20,000 nucleotides of DNA from an uncultured virus (IMG/VR IMGVR_UViG_3300038335_000129) (IMGVR_UViG_3300038335_000129), one strand, 5' to 3'; counted from the first letter of the stretch, positions 7,567 to 15,590 are shown. Program-made: numbers and translations. The notes: generated from the letters alone by a model not told the origin.

Positions 7567-8517
7567 CTACACCTCATCATAAAAATCATCATCTTCAGGA
7601 GCTGGGAGCGGATCTGGCTCGTCTGTCGCCGGAAGACTTTTGTCAACAACTGGTTCAACATCGGGGGGTTGGTCATTATCGACGTATTGATATCCTGTTT
7701 CCGTAATTACCGCCATATCTCTTTCGTGCGCCGTTTGCATTTCAATTGACATGATTCCCCACTTTGAAATCAATTGTCTAAGCATTGTCTTGTATGCCAT
7801 CCCGTCGAAATCCTTATACCAGAAAGACGAGTAAAGCCATAAATCACTATCTTTCACATTCCCGGCTTCATAGTCTTCAAAAGATACTTTGTTGTATCTC
7901 GGGTCTCTAGCCTTGACCGGGTCCTTGCTAAAAGCTTGGCTATATTTGTCGGCGTGAGCAATCATTTTAGCTTTACTCCAGTACATTGCTTTTTTAAATC
8001 CATTCTCATACTCAAACATAGCGTAATATCCAATTGTCGGGGTGTTTTCTCGGTCTTCTTCGTCTTCTATGAGTTGGACTTCAATTTCTTCTTCAAGGGG
8101 GTTAAAACTAATTAATTCACCCTCTTTGATGGACAATACATTGAGTTTTCGATAATACCCTGATCGGATCGCTAGCTGGATATAGCCCTTGTAACCCAAT
8201 AAAAACTGAGCTGTTACACTGGCGACGTTTCCGTTTTTATCTTTCTTTTTAAATGGAACCATGTAATACTGCCCCAATTGAGGGCTGGGAGATAACTTAA
8301 GACTTTCCCCCAGCATCGCAGCCGATAAAATTGATCCTTGGTCACATTCTGCCAATGCCGGATTGGTGCTGACCGCCGATATAATTGAGGTAATAAACCG
8401 TTGCCCATCCTTGCCGCCGACGACCTCATTTATTTTTCTTTTCACACCATCCCCGGTCATGAAATTTGAAAATGTATCACTTGTCGGTTTTTTCTGTAAG
8501 CTGTTGTTAACTGCCAT
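7567..8517 (-). CDS. recT: RecT-family ssDNA annealing protein
   Basis: NPALAEC...SIL...L.L.PSPQLGQYYMVPF...AQF.LGYKGYIQLAIRSG...W..DFDGMAYKT.LR. Confidence 0.92.
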   Translation of the reverse strand: MAVNNSLQKKPTSDTFSNFMTGDGVKRKINEVVGGKDGQRFITSIISAVSTNPALAECDQGSILSAAMLGESLKLSPSPQLGQYYMVPFKKKDKNGNVASVTAQFLLGYKGYIQLAIRSGYYRKLNVLSIKEGELISFNPLEEEIEVQLIEDEEDRENTPTIGYYAMFEYENGFKKAMYWSKAKMIAHADKYSQAFSKDPVKARDPRYNKVSFEDYEAGNVKDSDLWLYSSFWYKDFDGMAYKTMLRQLISKWGIMSIEMQTAHERDMAVITETGYQYVDNDQPPDVEPVVDKSLPATDEPDPLPAPEDDDFYDEV

Positions 8518-8519
8518 AA

Positions 8520-9443
8520 TTAAACTCTCCCTACTTTTATTTTATTCTCAACAAAGAATGCTTTTAGTGCTTTTTTCTGTTCTGGCGTGACCGCAACTTT
8601 AAAGATCAGAACTTCCAGTTTCTGTTCTGGTTCAGCAATTTGCTGATGAGGATCAGTCGATACCACTGTGGTAAAATCTTCCTGAGCCATAATTGCTACT
8701 TGCCCTGGGATTACTTCCTCTGTTTTTGCGTCGACTGCGCTTACTTTCGCCCTTTCCAGTGCTATAATCTTCGCTGCTTCTTGCTGCTTTTTCAATTCCT
8801 GCTGCTTTTCATATTCCAGCATTTTTTCAACTTGATCTTCCCACCGTTTCTTCTCGGCCATGGCTTCGGCAATTGAAAATGATTGAAGGTACTTGTCAAG
8901 CATCTGCTGTTCGCATTCCATTTCAAGGTCTTTGATCACTTTAATATCGTTTCTTATTGTTTCGATGATTGCATTTATTTCTTTCTTGATTGCAGACAGA
9001 CGCTCACTCGAATTCAACCACTTCGGAACGTGGATTTTGCCATAAGGAACAAGCGTTTCTAGGTCGCCAATTGTTTCGTCAAAATACAGTTTGATCTCAG
9101 CGGCTTTTTCATCCTTGACTGCCTGCTCATACGCCTTGACCTGTTTGTCGATTGCCTGGATTGGTTCGTCGATCATGGCGGTTAGGACTTTTACTTTATC
9201 CTCAAATTCGACATACGGTTTATTCCACTCTTTTTTGATCTCTTTTCGCTTTCCATCGATGGTATTTTTCAAAGCATTTAGTTTTGCCCGATCTTCTTTT
9301 GCCTCTTTGGTGGCGTCTTCGGTAATAACCATGTTTTGATACTTAACCAAACTGACTTCCAATTCCTGCTTAAGTTGATCAAAGTTAAAAACAACCGCCT
9401 GAGGGATTATGTCCCCGACTTCTTTCTCCAGTATAAATTCCAT
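8520..9443 (-). CDS. DUF1351-like coiled-coil protein
   Basis: NFDQLK...AK.DRAKLN...RKEIKK....PY..FE...ID.QVK.YE; typical position between yqaJ and recT. Confidence 0.8.
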   Translation of the reverse strand: MEFILEKEVGDIIPQAVVFNFDQLKQELEVSLVKYQNMVITEDATKEAKEDRAKLNALKNTIDGKRKEIKKEWNKPYVEFEDKVKVLTAMIDEPIQAIDKQVKAYEQAVKDEKAAEIKLYFDETIGDLETLVPYGKIHVPKWLNSSERLSAIKKEINAIIETIRNDIKVIKDLEMECEQQMLDKYLQSFSIAEAMAEKKRWEDQVEKMLEYEKQQELKKQQEAAKIIALERAKVSAVDAKTEEVIPGQVAIMAQEDFTTVVSTDPHQQIAEPEQKLEVLIFKVAVTPEQKKALKAFFVENKIKVGRV

Positions 9444-9452
9444 TTATCTCTC

Positions 9453-10079
9453 CTATATCTCCGGCAATATCAAGGCCGGTTTCACTTTATTCTGTACCTG
9501 GTTCCAGAACTTTATTTCTGCCTCCAGAAGGTACTCCATATCCTCTAGAACGTCTTCACGTTCAATAAAATAATGTCTTGTAGTTAATTTCACATCTTCA
9601 AATCCATGCTTTATTTGGGCCTTTAACACTGCAAAATCATATCCAGTTGCAAGTAGTTGGTGTAGGCATTGAATATAATAATTATCCGGGACTCCATCTT
9701 TCCATTTCCCCCACTGCATCGGATTCATTATCTGGGTGGTCTTGATTTCCAGCACACCCATTTTTTCGCCATTTATCCACCCGTCTAGGGTTGCAAATAT
9801 GAATGGGTGCTTATCGTTGTGAAACATCTTGAATTCGTCGTATTTCACATCATAGTGAGGAAAATCTAGTATGAAAAGTTCTCTCAGCAATGATTCTGCA
9901 TCATTCCCATATTTCACGACCGGCTTGTCGGAAATGTCCTCTGGTTCGACTTCGCCGGTCTTCTCTTGCCACAGTTGAATATTTGTCTTCCATGGGTTCA
10001 TCCCTAAGATTGCGGCGGCGTCTGATGCTCCAATCCCTGATTTTCGCTCTTCTAGCCATTGCTGGCGCTTTGTATTCAT
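9453..10079 (-). CDS. YqaJ-like viral recombinase (lambda-exonuclease family)
   Basis: WLEERKSGIGASDAAAILG.NPWK, ATLDG, LEIKT, YYIQCLHQL. Confidence 0.93.
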   Translation of the reverse strand: MNTKRQQWLEERKSGIGASDAAAILGMNPWKTNIQLWQEKTGEVEPEDISDKPVVKYGNDAESLLRELFILDFPHYDVKYDEFKMFHNDKHPFIFATLDGWINGEKMGVLEIKTTQIMNPMQWGKWKDGVPDNYYIQCLHQLLATGYDFAVLKAQIKHGFEDVKLTTRHYFIEREDVLEDMEYLLEAEIKFWNQVQNKVKPALILPEI

Positions 10080-10080
10080 A

Positions 10081-10923
10081 CTAAAAGATCTTATCGATCA
10101 GTTCCGAAACAACCATTGTATTTAATTCAAACCCCGGGTCATCATCCTGTCGTCGTTGAATTGCATTGATGAACATGTCGAAATACGAGCTATCAACTCC
10201 GGTAAGTTGCTCTTTTAAAACTTCGATGTTTTTCAGATCGAGATCATTTAGCTGCATCGCCATTTTGACATATTGCCCGGCATTAATTGACCATCCACGC
10301 TTAATGAATTTTCTGGTTCGAATTATAGAGCATAGCGGGTACTTGCTGCCTTGGTATAAAAGTTCCTTTGCTAATATAGATTCTAACGCTTCGATATTTA
10401 GGTGCAAATCTCTATCAGAACTCAACCAATAATTTGTACAATGCACAAAATCATAATTTTTGTGAATCTCTGATGGGTCTCCATAAAAGCGAATAACAAG
10501 CTGTATTTTCCCCTTCAAGGTAATTGCGTTAGATGTAAAATATATAGCTTTGTACGAATCTTCTTCATTGCTTTCATCAGGTGTAGAATTTTTAACATCT
10601 TCGTCCTCACCAACTTCGCCAGATGATGAAATGAAGCACGTAATCCTGCCAAACTCGTCATCCTTTACATCAACTTGATTTTTCCCTTTGTGCGTACTGT
10701 TAAATTGATTTGCATAATAATTCGCAACGGCCAAACAAGTTTCTTTATTGGTAAAATAATAGTCATAGTCATTAACTTCTTCTCCGGTCAGTAGGCTTGT
10801 TATCGCTCCCCCGGTGATTATTGAGTTTTTATTTACTAATTCTTTAACTACATCATCTTTAATGGACTCAACGAAATTTCTGTGAGTTTTTGCCAAAATT
10901 GATTTAATTGCTTTTCTATTCAT
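10081..10923 (-). CDS. Putative Pol-beta-superfamily nucleotidyltransferase
   Basis: IITGGAITSLL...VNDYDYYF (hG[G/S]-x-DhD motif), later IQLV...YDFVHC and R..KF..RGW. Confidence 0.65.
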   Translation of the reverse strand: MNRKAIKSILAKTHRNFVESIKDDVVKELVNKNSIITGGAITSLLTGEEVNDYDYYFTNKETCLAVANYYANQFNSTHKGKNQVDVKDDEFGRITCFISSSGEVGEDEDVKNSTPDESNEEDSYKAIYFTSNAITLKGKIQLVIRFYGDPSEIHKNYDFVHCTNYWLSSDRDLHLNIEALESILAKELLYQGSKYPLCSIIRTRKFIKRGWSINAGQYVKMAMQLNDLDLKNIEVLKEQLTGVDSSYFDMFINAIQRRQDDDPGFELNTMVVSELIDKIF

Positions 10924-10937
10924 TTACTTACATCCTT

Positions 10938-11171
10938 TCATGCTGATTCTCGTTCTTTATATTCATCATAACGGCGATCCGGGTCAGGGCCTGCGTTCTT
11001 ATCTTCCTCAGCCTGCCATTCCCAGGCATCCACCGAACTCACGCAATGTTCGCATCCTAAAATGTCACCATCGCAAGAATAATAGATGGTTTGGCATTCT
11101 ACGTCACATAATGGACAAACCGGATAATCGGGCACTGGTGGATCTGGCCCATATAAATTTGCAAAGCTCAT
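10938..11171 (-). CDS. Small Zn-finger-like phage protein (CPLC...GCEHC)
   Basis: 77-aa ORF with two CxxC pairs, RBS GGAGG. Confidence 0.7.
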   Translation of the reverse strand: MSFANLYGPDPPVPDYPVCPLCDVECQTIYYSCDGDILGCEHCVSSVDAWEWQAEEDKNAGPDPDRRYDEYKERESA

Positions 11172-11185
11172 TTCATCGTTCCTCC

Positions 11186-11392
11186 TTAAAAAGTTAATGC
11201 TTGATTAATGGCAACCTCGGGGTCTTTGTAATCCCACCGGCCAATTCTAAACTTATGGCCATCCGGCGCTTCTTCAAAAACGATCTTTCTGGCATGTGGT
11301 CGTCTACAGATATAAGAATTGTTTTCTTTTTTTATCTCGAATCCCTTATCTTGCATAATCTCTACAACTTTTTCCGTACTGAATGCAAACAT
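11186..11392 (-). CDS. Hypothetical protein
   Basis: 68-aa ORF with GGAGG RBS, in operon. Confidence 0.65.
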   Translation of the reverse strand: MFAFSTEKVVEIMQDKGFEIKKENNSYICRRPHARKIVFEEAPDGHKFRIGRWDYKDPEVAINQALTF

Positions 11393-11407
11393 GTTACCCT
11401 CCTGCTT

Positions 11408-11563
11408 TTAATTATTAAAAGTCAATAAGACCTGCCCTTCGCAGCTATTTTCAATATCAACCTGGTCTACGGGGAAGGCCTCAAATGTGCAGCTGTCCCA
11501 AAGCGTGACGTCCGTTTCCGGGTCACATCGCTTTAGCTCATTGATCAATTCCGATACGTTCAT
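11408..11563 (-). CDS. 51-aa hypothetical protein (MNVSELINELKRCDPETDV...)
   Basis: Manual translation; GGAGG RBS; MxVxELIxxL N-terminus common in phage proteins. Confidence 0.7.
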   Translation of the reverse strand: MNVSELINELKRCDPETDVTLWDSCTFEAFPVDQVDIENSCEGQVLLTFNN

Positions 11564-11566
11564 TTC

Positions 11567-11743
11567 TTAATCCTCCACAAATGTTTTTCGTGCCTGCTCC
11601 AAGCATCGAATCTCAGACTGGACGCCTTTCAGCCAGCCCTTCCAAAATCCACCAACCACATACCATCGATCTGTCACTTTCTTAAGCACTGATTCCTGTC
11701 CGAGTAGGACGGCTATTCGCAGCTCAACTTCCTTCTGGTCCAT
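11567..11743 (-). CDS. 58-aa hypothetical protein (MDQKEVELRIAVLLG...)
   Basis: Manual translation; fills the operon gap; weak RBS. Confidence 0.55.
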   Translation of the reverse strand: MDQKEVELRIAVLLGQESVLKKVTDRWYVVGGFWKGWLKGVQSEIRCLEQARKTFVED

Positions 11744-11755
11744 GATCTTTTTCCA

Positions 11756-12040
11756 TTAAGCCGCCTCGCTCTGCAACTCCACCATTACCGCTTCCAAGTA
11801 TTCGATGCAATCCGTTAACTTCTCAATGTCCGCTGTGTCAGTATGTGTGAAAAAGTTGTAATCCGCTTTCTTGCTATGATCAAGTCCGTATCGATACACG
11901 TTAATGCTCAACCCGCCAACGCTACCCAAAAAGTGGATCATCACACAGGGCTTTCTTCCCATGGCGAATCGATCTTCGTCCACTCCATTGATTTCGATGC
12001 TTAATCGCATGATCTCTTGTACTGCTTCTAATTTGTCCAT
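11756..12040 (-). CDS. Hypothetical phage protein
   Basis: 94-aa ORF, GGGAG RBS. Confidence 0.7.
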   Translation of the reverse strand: MDKLEAVQEIMRLSIEINGVDEDRFAMGRKPCVMIHFLGSVGGLSINVYRYGLDHSKKADYNFFTHTDTADIEKLTDCIEYLEAVMVELQSEAA

Positions 12041-12059
12041 TGGTTTCTCCCTGTTATTC

Positions 12060-12088
12060 TTGATTTATGTTGTTTGCTGTGATAAAAT
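12060..12088 (+). promoter_or_regulatory. Antisense sigmaA promoter TTGATT-17-(TGa)TAAAAT
   Basis: -35 at 12060-12065, extended TG at 12080-12081, -10 at 12083-12088; opposite to the lytic operon. Confidence 0.6.
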
Positions 12089-12115
12089 TGATGTATACTA
12101 TTTGTAATACTTCTT

Positions 12116-12152
12116 GAAAAACTCCTGCTGTAACGGGTGTTTTTCTTTTTTT
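12116..12152. terminator. Intrinsic terminator, possibly bidirectional
   Basis: gaaaaactcctg-ctgtaa-cgggtgtttttc followed by T7 on +; T5 after the stem on -. Confidence 0.65.
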
Positions 12153-12333
12153 ATGCACTTTTGTCTTCCTTTGCATTTTTCATTACTTCGTCATACGGGA
12201 TAACGAATGCGGCGATGTTTAGATCTCTCTCAGCCGCTTCTCTAATCTGCTCTTTGGTAAAAAGCCCAAACCTTTCGAGCGTCTTTTTTCTGACCTCCAC
12301 ATCAACCCCGAGCGAATAATCTTTCTCCTTCAT
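12151..12333 (-). CDS. 60-aa hypothetical protein
   Basis: ORF with GGAGG RBS. Confidence 0.65.
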   Translation of the reverse strand: MKEKDYSLGVDVEVRKKTLERFGLFTKEQIREAAERDLNIAAFVIPYDEVMKNAKEDKSA

Positions 12334-12871
12334 AACTTGATGGCCTCCTTTCGTTCATGATCATTCCGCTTTTAAAATGTAGTTTTTTTGTTTTGTGTTG
12401 TTTCTTCACGGGTGTTTTTTCAAGCGTGGAAAAGACCAGGCTCAAACTCGACATCGCGCTTTCCATCAACTCTTTTAGAAAAAGCCCGGATACTTCCAGT
12501 TCATGATCATCAATCCGATTATCCAAGATCACTTTTCTCATCCTGTTCTCAAGCTCATGAACTTCCTCTGTTTCTGATTGAAATTTAATGAATGCGGTGG
12601 GTAGATCTAGCAGCTCTACATTAGAGAAAATCGATCTGAAAATCAGGTTCGTCTCATTTAAGAACAGAATTTTCATGTAATCACTCTGATATAGTTCTGC
12701 CATTTTTAGTACCGTTTCTTCCGGTGGTAGGTGTTTCCGAACCTCCAGCGAATAAGATTCATAATTTGACAGCGTATGGACTGACAAACATAACTCACAG
12801 GCCGCTTCTTCCTGGGTATATCCTGCACGTTCTCTGAACGTCTTTAACACCCCTTTGCACTTTTCGTTCAT
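12302..12871 (-). CDS. XRE-family HTH transcriptional regulator with helical C-terminal domain
   Basis: RERAGYTQEEAACELCLSVHTLSNYE...PP.E.V..MAELY; AAAGGAG RBS. Confidence 0.82.
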   Translation of the reverse strand: MNEKCKGVLKTFRERAGYTQEEAACELCLSVHTLSNYESYSLEVRKHLPPEETVLKMAELYQSDYMKILFLNETNLIFRSIFSNVELLDLPTAFIKFQSETEEVHELENRMRKVILDNRIDDHELEVSGLFLKELMESAMSSLSLVFSTLEKTPVKKQHKTKKLHFKSGMIMNERRPSSYEGERLFARG

Positions 12872-13155
12872 GTCATTTTTATCTCCTTTCGCTGTATACT
12901 TTTAGTAAGGAAAGTTACCGCAAGCTTTCTGCCGCTTACTCCCCGCTTAACTCTTGGCCGATTCCCCGATCGGCCGACCCCAGCACTTCTTAAAAGATTT
13001 TCTCCATTCCTTGGCCGGCTGCCGTTGCAGTAGGCCGGCCTCCCCCAAGCATAACCATGGTCATGGACGTAGGTATGTGGGCAGCTGAACCGCATCAGCA
13101 GCTCTTTGTCCGTGACCGCGGTATGCTCTGTGACGAATTCAATGATGGTTTGCAT
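12868..13155 (-). CDS. Hypothetical protein; 3' half doubtful (runs through GC-rich hairpins)
   Basis: Good AGGAG RBS and plausible N-terminus; Arg/Gly-rich atypical C-terminus. Confidence 0.45.
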   Translation of the reverse strand: MQTIIEFVTEHTAVTDKELLMRFSCPHTYVHDHGYAWGRPAYCNGSRPRNGENLLRSAGVGRSGNRPRVKRGVSGRKLAVTFLTKSIQRKEIKMT

Positions 13156-13165
13156 GGGTCACTCC

Positions 13166-13483
13166 TTATTCAAATATTTCCTCAAGGATTGCCGCAATTT
13201 CGCATTCAAAAACTTCAAGTTCGTCTTCGTCAAAAGTATCCGCAAGATCAAATTGCCATCTTAAACGACTAGCTATTCTTGAAGAAATAGCGCCGATGTC
13301 ATACCCTGCGACATCATAAGTGCGGTCTAGTTTTTGGATACTCCCGTCCGGATATACCGCAAACCCTCTCGCTGTTACAAGTATTTCTGTGCCGGCCTTA
13401 TAAACGGTTTTCTTATCAGTTAAAAAGCTGGTTGTTTCGACATCTTCTTTTAGTTCCATCACTTGACCGATTTTAACTTTCAT
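13166..13483 (-). CDS. Hypothetical phage protein
   Basis: 105-aa ORF, AAAGGAG RBS. Confidence 0.75.
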   Translation of the reverse strand: MKVKIGQVMELKEDVETTSFLTDKKTVYKAGTEILVTARGFAVYPDGSIQKLDRTYDVAGYDIGAISSRIASRLRWQFDLADTFDEDELEVFECEIAAILEEIFE

Positions 13484-13832
13484 TTGGTTCTCCTTTTTGT
13501 TCTAAAATATTAAATTCACTTCTAATTAACCTTCCAATGATATTTTCTGGGTCGTCTGCTAATTTTTTGAAGTCAATGTCGTAATGTTTTGCAATATCAA
13601 TCAAGCGTTTTACAGATTCGATTGCTTCCCATAATATTTTTGTTAAATCGCCGCTTTCTGTTTCGTTAAGTTTTTGAATAGTCATATCTGGGAAAATAAC
13701 TAGATTTCGAACTACCAAGAGCACTTTAGAATTTACTATATAAACCTCGTCTAAATTTCCTCTGTAGGCGCTTGCGTAGATTCTTTTTGTTTGTATCAAT
13801 TCAACGATCCTTTTCTTGCAATCGTCGTTCAT
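13473..13832 (-). CDS. Hypothetical phage protein
   Basis: ATG 13832 after AAAGGAG RBS; AT-rich. Confidence 0.7.
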   Translation of the reverse strand: MNDDCKKRIVELIQTKRIYASAYRGNLDEVYIVNSKVLLVVRNLVIFPDMTIQKLNETESGDLTKILWEAIESVKRLIDIAKHYDIDFKKLADDPENIIGRLIRSEFNILEQKGEPNES

Positions 13833-13845
13833 GCGACTCTCCTTT

Positions 13846-14598
13846 CTACTCACTCGCAACCAATGCCAGTGCTGGCTTCAATTTATTGACAAAATAGATC
13901 TGCCCTTTGCCTGTAATCTTTGGCGTAATGCTCAAGCTTACAAATCCGCTGGAATGGGCTACTGCTGTTTCTTTTATTATGAACAATCCCATTTCCATAC
14001 TCCGCTGAGTTGGCTTATTGTAATCAGTGCCTTTCCGCTTAATCAGGTATCCGTTTTCTCTCAGCCATGCGTAAAACCGCTTTTCACCAGTATCGACGCC
14101 GTTTTGCTTGAGGATCTTGGCCATTTCGCCAACTAAGATGGTGCCGGTGCTTGCCGATACCGAATCAGCGAATATTCCTTTTGGGATAAGCTCTTTGATT
14201 TGACGATCCTGGTCTTCAATTACTTTATTAGATTCCAGAACAGCCAGGGCGAGAAGGTACTTCCCCTCTGGGATCGTCGCAGATTTTATGGATTCTTCCA
14301 TTTTGTTGAAGGCTTCGATAAATTTTAATTTCCAGCCCAATGCTTTAGCGCCAGTGAAGCCCATGGCTAGGAGGGAGAATCCGTCTCGAGTTAGGAGGTA
14401 TTCTGGATAAGATTTACCCGTCCCAGCCTTATAGCTGGATTCAATGAAATAGTCGTTGGTCAGGGCGGAATTTTCCGCTGTGATATTTCTGATTGATTCG
14501 AGCACGTCCTTATGCTGCTTTTCAAATCTTTCCGCAACCACCCGGCTGCTGACCATTAGTTTTCCGTTTTTGTTTTCAATGTTGATTAAATCGTTCAT
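13846..14598 (-). CDS. Phage antirepressor, Rha N-terminal plus ANT/KilAC C-terminal domain
   Basis: SSRVVAERFEKQHKDVL..I...YLLTRDGFSLLAMGFTG.KA..WKLKFI.AFN.ME (Rha); PKGIFADSV...G.KR...WLR..GYLIK...PTQ....G.F...TPKITGKGQ.YF (KilAC); ATG 14598 after AAAGGAG. Confidence 0.92.
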   Translation of the reverse strand: MNDLINIENKNGKLMVSSRVVAERFEKQHKDVLESIRNITAENSALTNDYFIESSYKAGTGKSYPEYLLTRDGFSLLAMGFTGAKALGWKLKFIEAFNKMEESIKSATIPEGKYLLALAVLESNKVIEDQDRQIKELIPKGIFADSVSASTGTILVGEMAKILKQNGVDTGEKRFYAWLRENGYLIKRKGTDYNKPTQRSMEMGLFIIKETAVAHSSGFVSLSITPKITGKGQIYFVNKLKPALALVASE

Positions 14599-14614
14599 GG
14601 TTCTCCTTTCTAAG

Positions 14615-14773
14615 TTACTCAACTCTAAACATCACTTCATGACCAGTGTTTTCTTTGATAAGTAACTTTTTACATTCATCTACAGTCATGTTGTTGTCCA
14701 ATGCTGACTGGATCACTTCCACCAGCTTGTTGCCATCAAGATAAGCCCATATTTTTTTCTGTTTCCGTTTCAT
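14615..14773 (-). CDS. 52-aa small phage protein (MKRKQKKIWAYLDGNKLVEVIQSALDNN...)
   Basis: Manual translation; strong AAAGGAGG RBS; directly downstream of cro. Confidence 0.8.
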   Translation of the reverse strand: MKRKQKKIWAYLDGNKLVEVIQSALDNNMTVDECKKLLIKENTGHEVMFRVE

Positions 14774-14786
14774 CGGTTCCTCCTTT

Positions 14787-15023
14787 CTAGCTTGCTTTTG
14801 GTTTTTTAGCTTGATTTTCCGTGGTGGAAAGTTCGTCGCTAAAAAAAACTAATTCAATCGGTTCTCCGAGTTTATCGGCTATTATTTTAGCTTCATCAAT
14901 CGTGATTCTAATACTGCCACTTTCCTTTTTATAGTAAGCCGCCTCTGTTTTCAAACCCAACGCCGCCGCCATATCCATCGCCGATATTTTTTTGCTCGTT
15001 CTAATTTCTCTTAAATTTCTCAC
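14787..15023 (-). CDS. Cro-like XRE HTH repressor
   Basis: 78-aa HTH (AAYYKKESG..I..EAK.IA..LG..I..VFF), GTG start with GAGGTG RBS, divergent from cI. Confidence 0.88.
   Translation of the reverse strand: MRNLREIRTSKKISAMDMAAALGLKTEAAYYKKESGSIRITIDEAKIIADKLGEPIELVFFSDELSTTENQAKKPKAS
14816..14830. promoter_or_regulatory. Distal operator copy within the 3' end of cro
   Basis: tTTCCG-tgg-TGGAAa matches the switch operator consensus. Confidence 0.6.
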
Positions 15024-15052
15024 TTAATCACCTCGTTTCTTATTTTTCGTAT

Positions 15053-15168
15053 TTTCCATCATGGAATATTTATAAACTCATTATACTTTCCACCATGGAT
15101 AATGTCAACGCTTTTTTTAAAATATTTTTTCCACATTGGATACATCCGTTGTTTTTCCATATTGGATA
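15053..15168. promoter_or_regulatory. Four repressor operators TTTCCA-N3-TGGA(A/T)
   Basis: Cores at 15054-15066, 15088-15100, 15129-15141, 15155-15167. Confidence 0.85.
15080..15108 (-). promoter_or_regulatory. Lytic promoter, perfect TTGACA-17-TATAAT
   Basis: -35 at 15103-15108, -10 at 15080-15085; an operator sits in the spacer. Confidence 0.9.
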
Positions 15169-15177
15169 GAATATAAT
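15149..15177 (+). promoter_or_regulatory. Lysogenic (repressor) promoter TTGTTT-17-TATAAT
   Basis: -35 at 15149-15154, -10 at 15172-15177; an operator sits in the spacer. Confidence 0.75.
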
Positions 15178-15200
15178 GTACAAATCAGGGGGTTTCGCAC

Positions 15201-15590
15201 ATGAATAGAATAAAAGAACTAAGAATAAAAAAAGGAATTACACAAGCCGAACTTGCTAAGAAAATCGGTGTACAAGGTGCTGCTATTTCGAAATATGAAA
15301 ACGAGCAACTTCAAATATCAAACGAGGTTTTGAAGTCATTGGCTTTAATATTTGAGGTATCCATCGATTATATTCTTTGTCTAACCGACGACCCCATCCC
15401 TTCCCGTGACGTCAACCAGGATCTTTACGACGAACACGATTACGCAAAAGAACTGGAAGCACTGCTGGACGACGAACCGCTTCGAACAGAATTTCAGGAT
15501 TACGACGAATGGTCCGAAGAAGAAAAAAGAAATCTTTTGAACTTCATCAAAGGGCAAAAGGCACTTAAGAAAATAAACGAAGAAAAATAA
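15201..15590 (+). CDS. Phage repressor, XRE HTH (ImmR-like; no S24 peptidase domain)
   Basis: RIKELR...TQAELAKKIGV...ISKYEN...LA.IF.VSIDY.L; short acidic C-terminus; 129 aa. Confidence 0.9.
   Translation: MNRIKELRIKKGITQAELAKKIGVQGAAISKYENEQLQISNEVLKSLALIFEVSIDYILCLTDDPIPSRDVNQDLYDEHDYAKELEALLDDEPLRTEFQDYDEWSEEEKRNLLNFIKGQKALKKINEEK

Noticed and set aside
11724..11756. TAATG-coupled ATG at 11756 giving a 10-aa peptide out of frame with ORF 11567-11743 (A5 run)
   Set aside because: Could be an indel, but an in-frame ATG at 11743 gives an intact ORF; insufficient evidence for a pseudogene or phase variation.
508..14665. Numerous plus-strand ORFs in the track (e.g. 508-795, 2770-3102, 3816-4109, 9091-9339, 13816-14136)
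   Set aside because: Antisense shadows of well-supported minus-strand genes; no RBS or recognisable motifs.
15053..15168. Spaced repeats considered as a mini CRISPR array
   Set aside because: Only 13-15-bp palindromes with irregular spacing that overlap promoters; they fit operators, and no cas genes are present.
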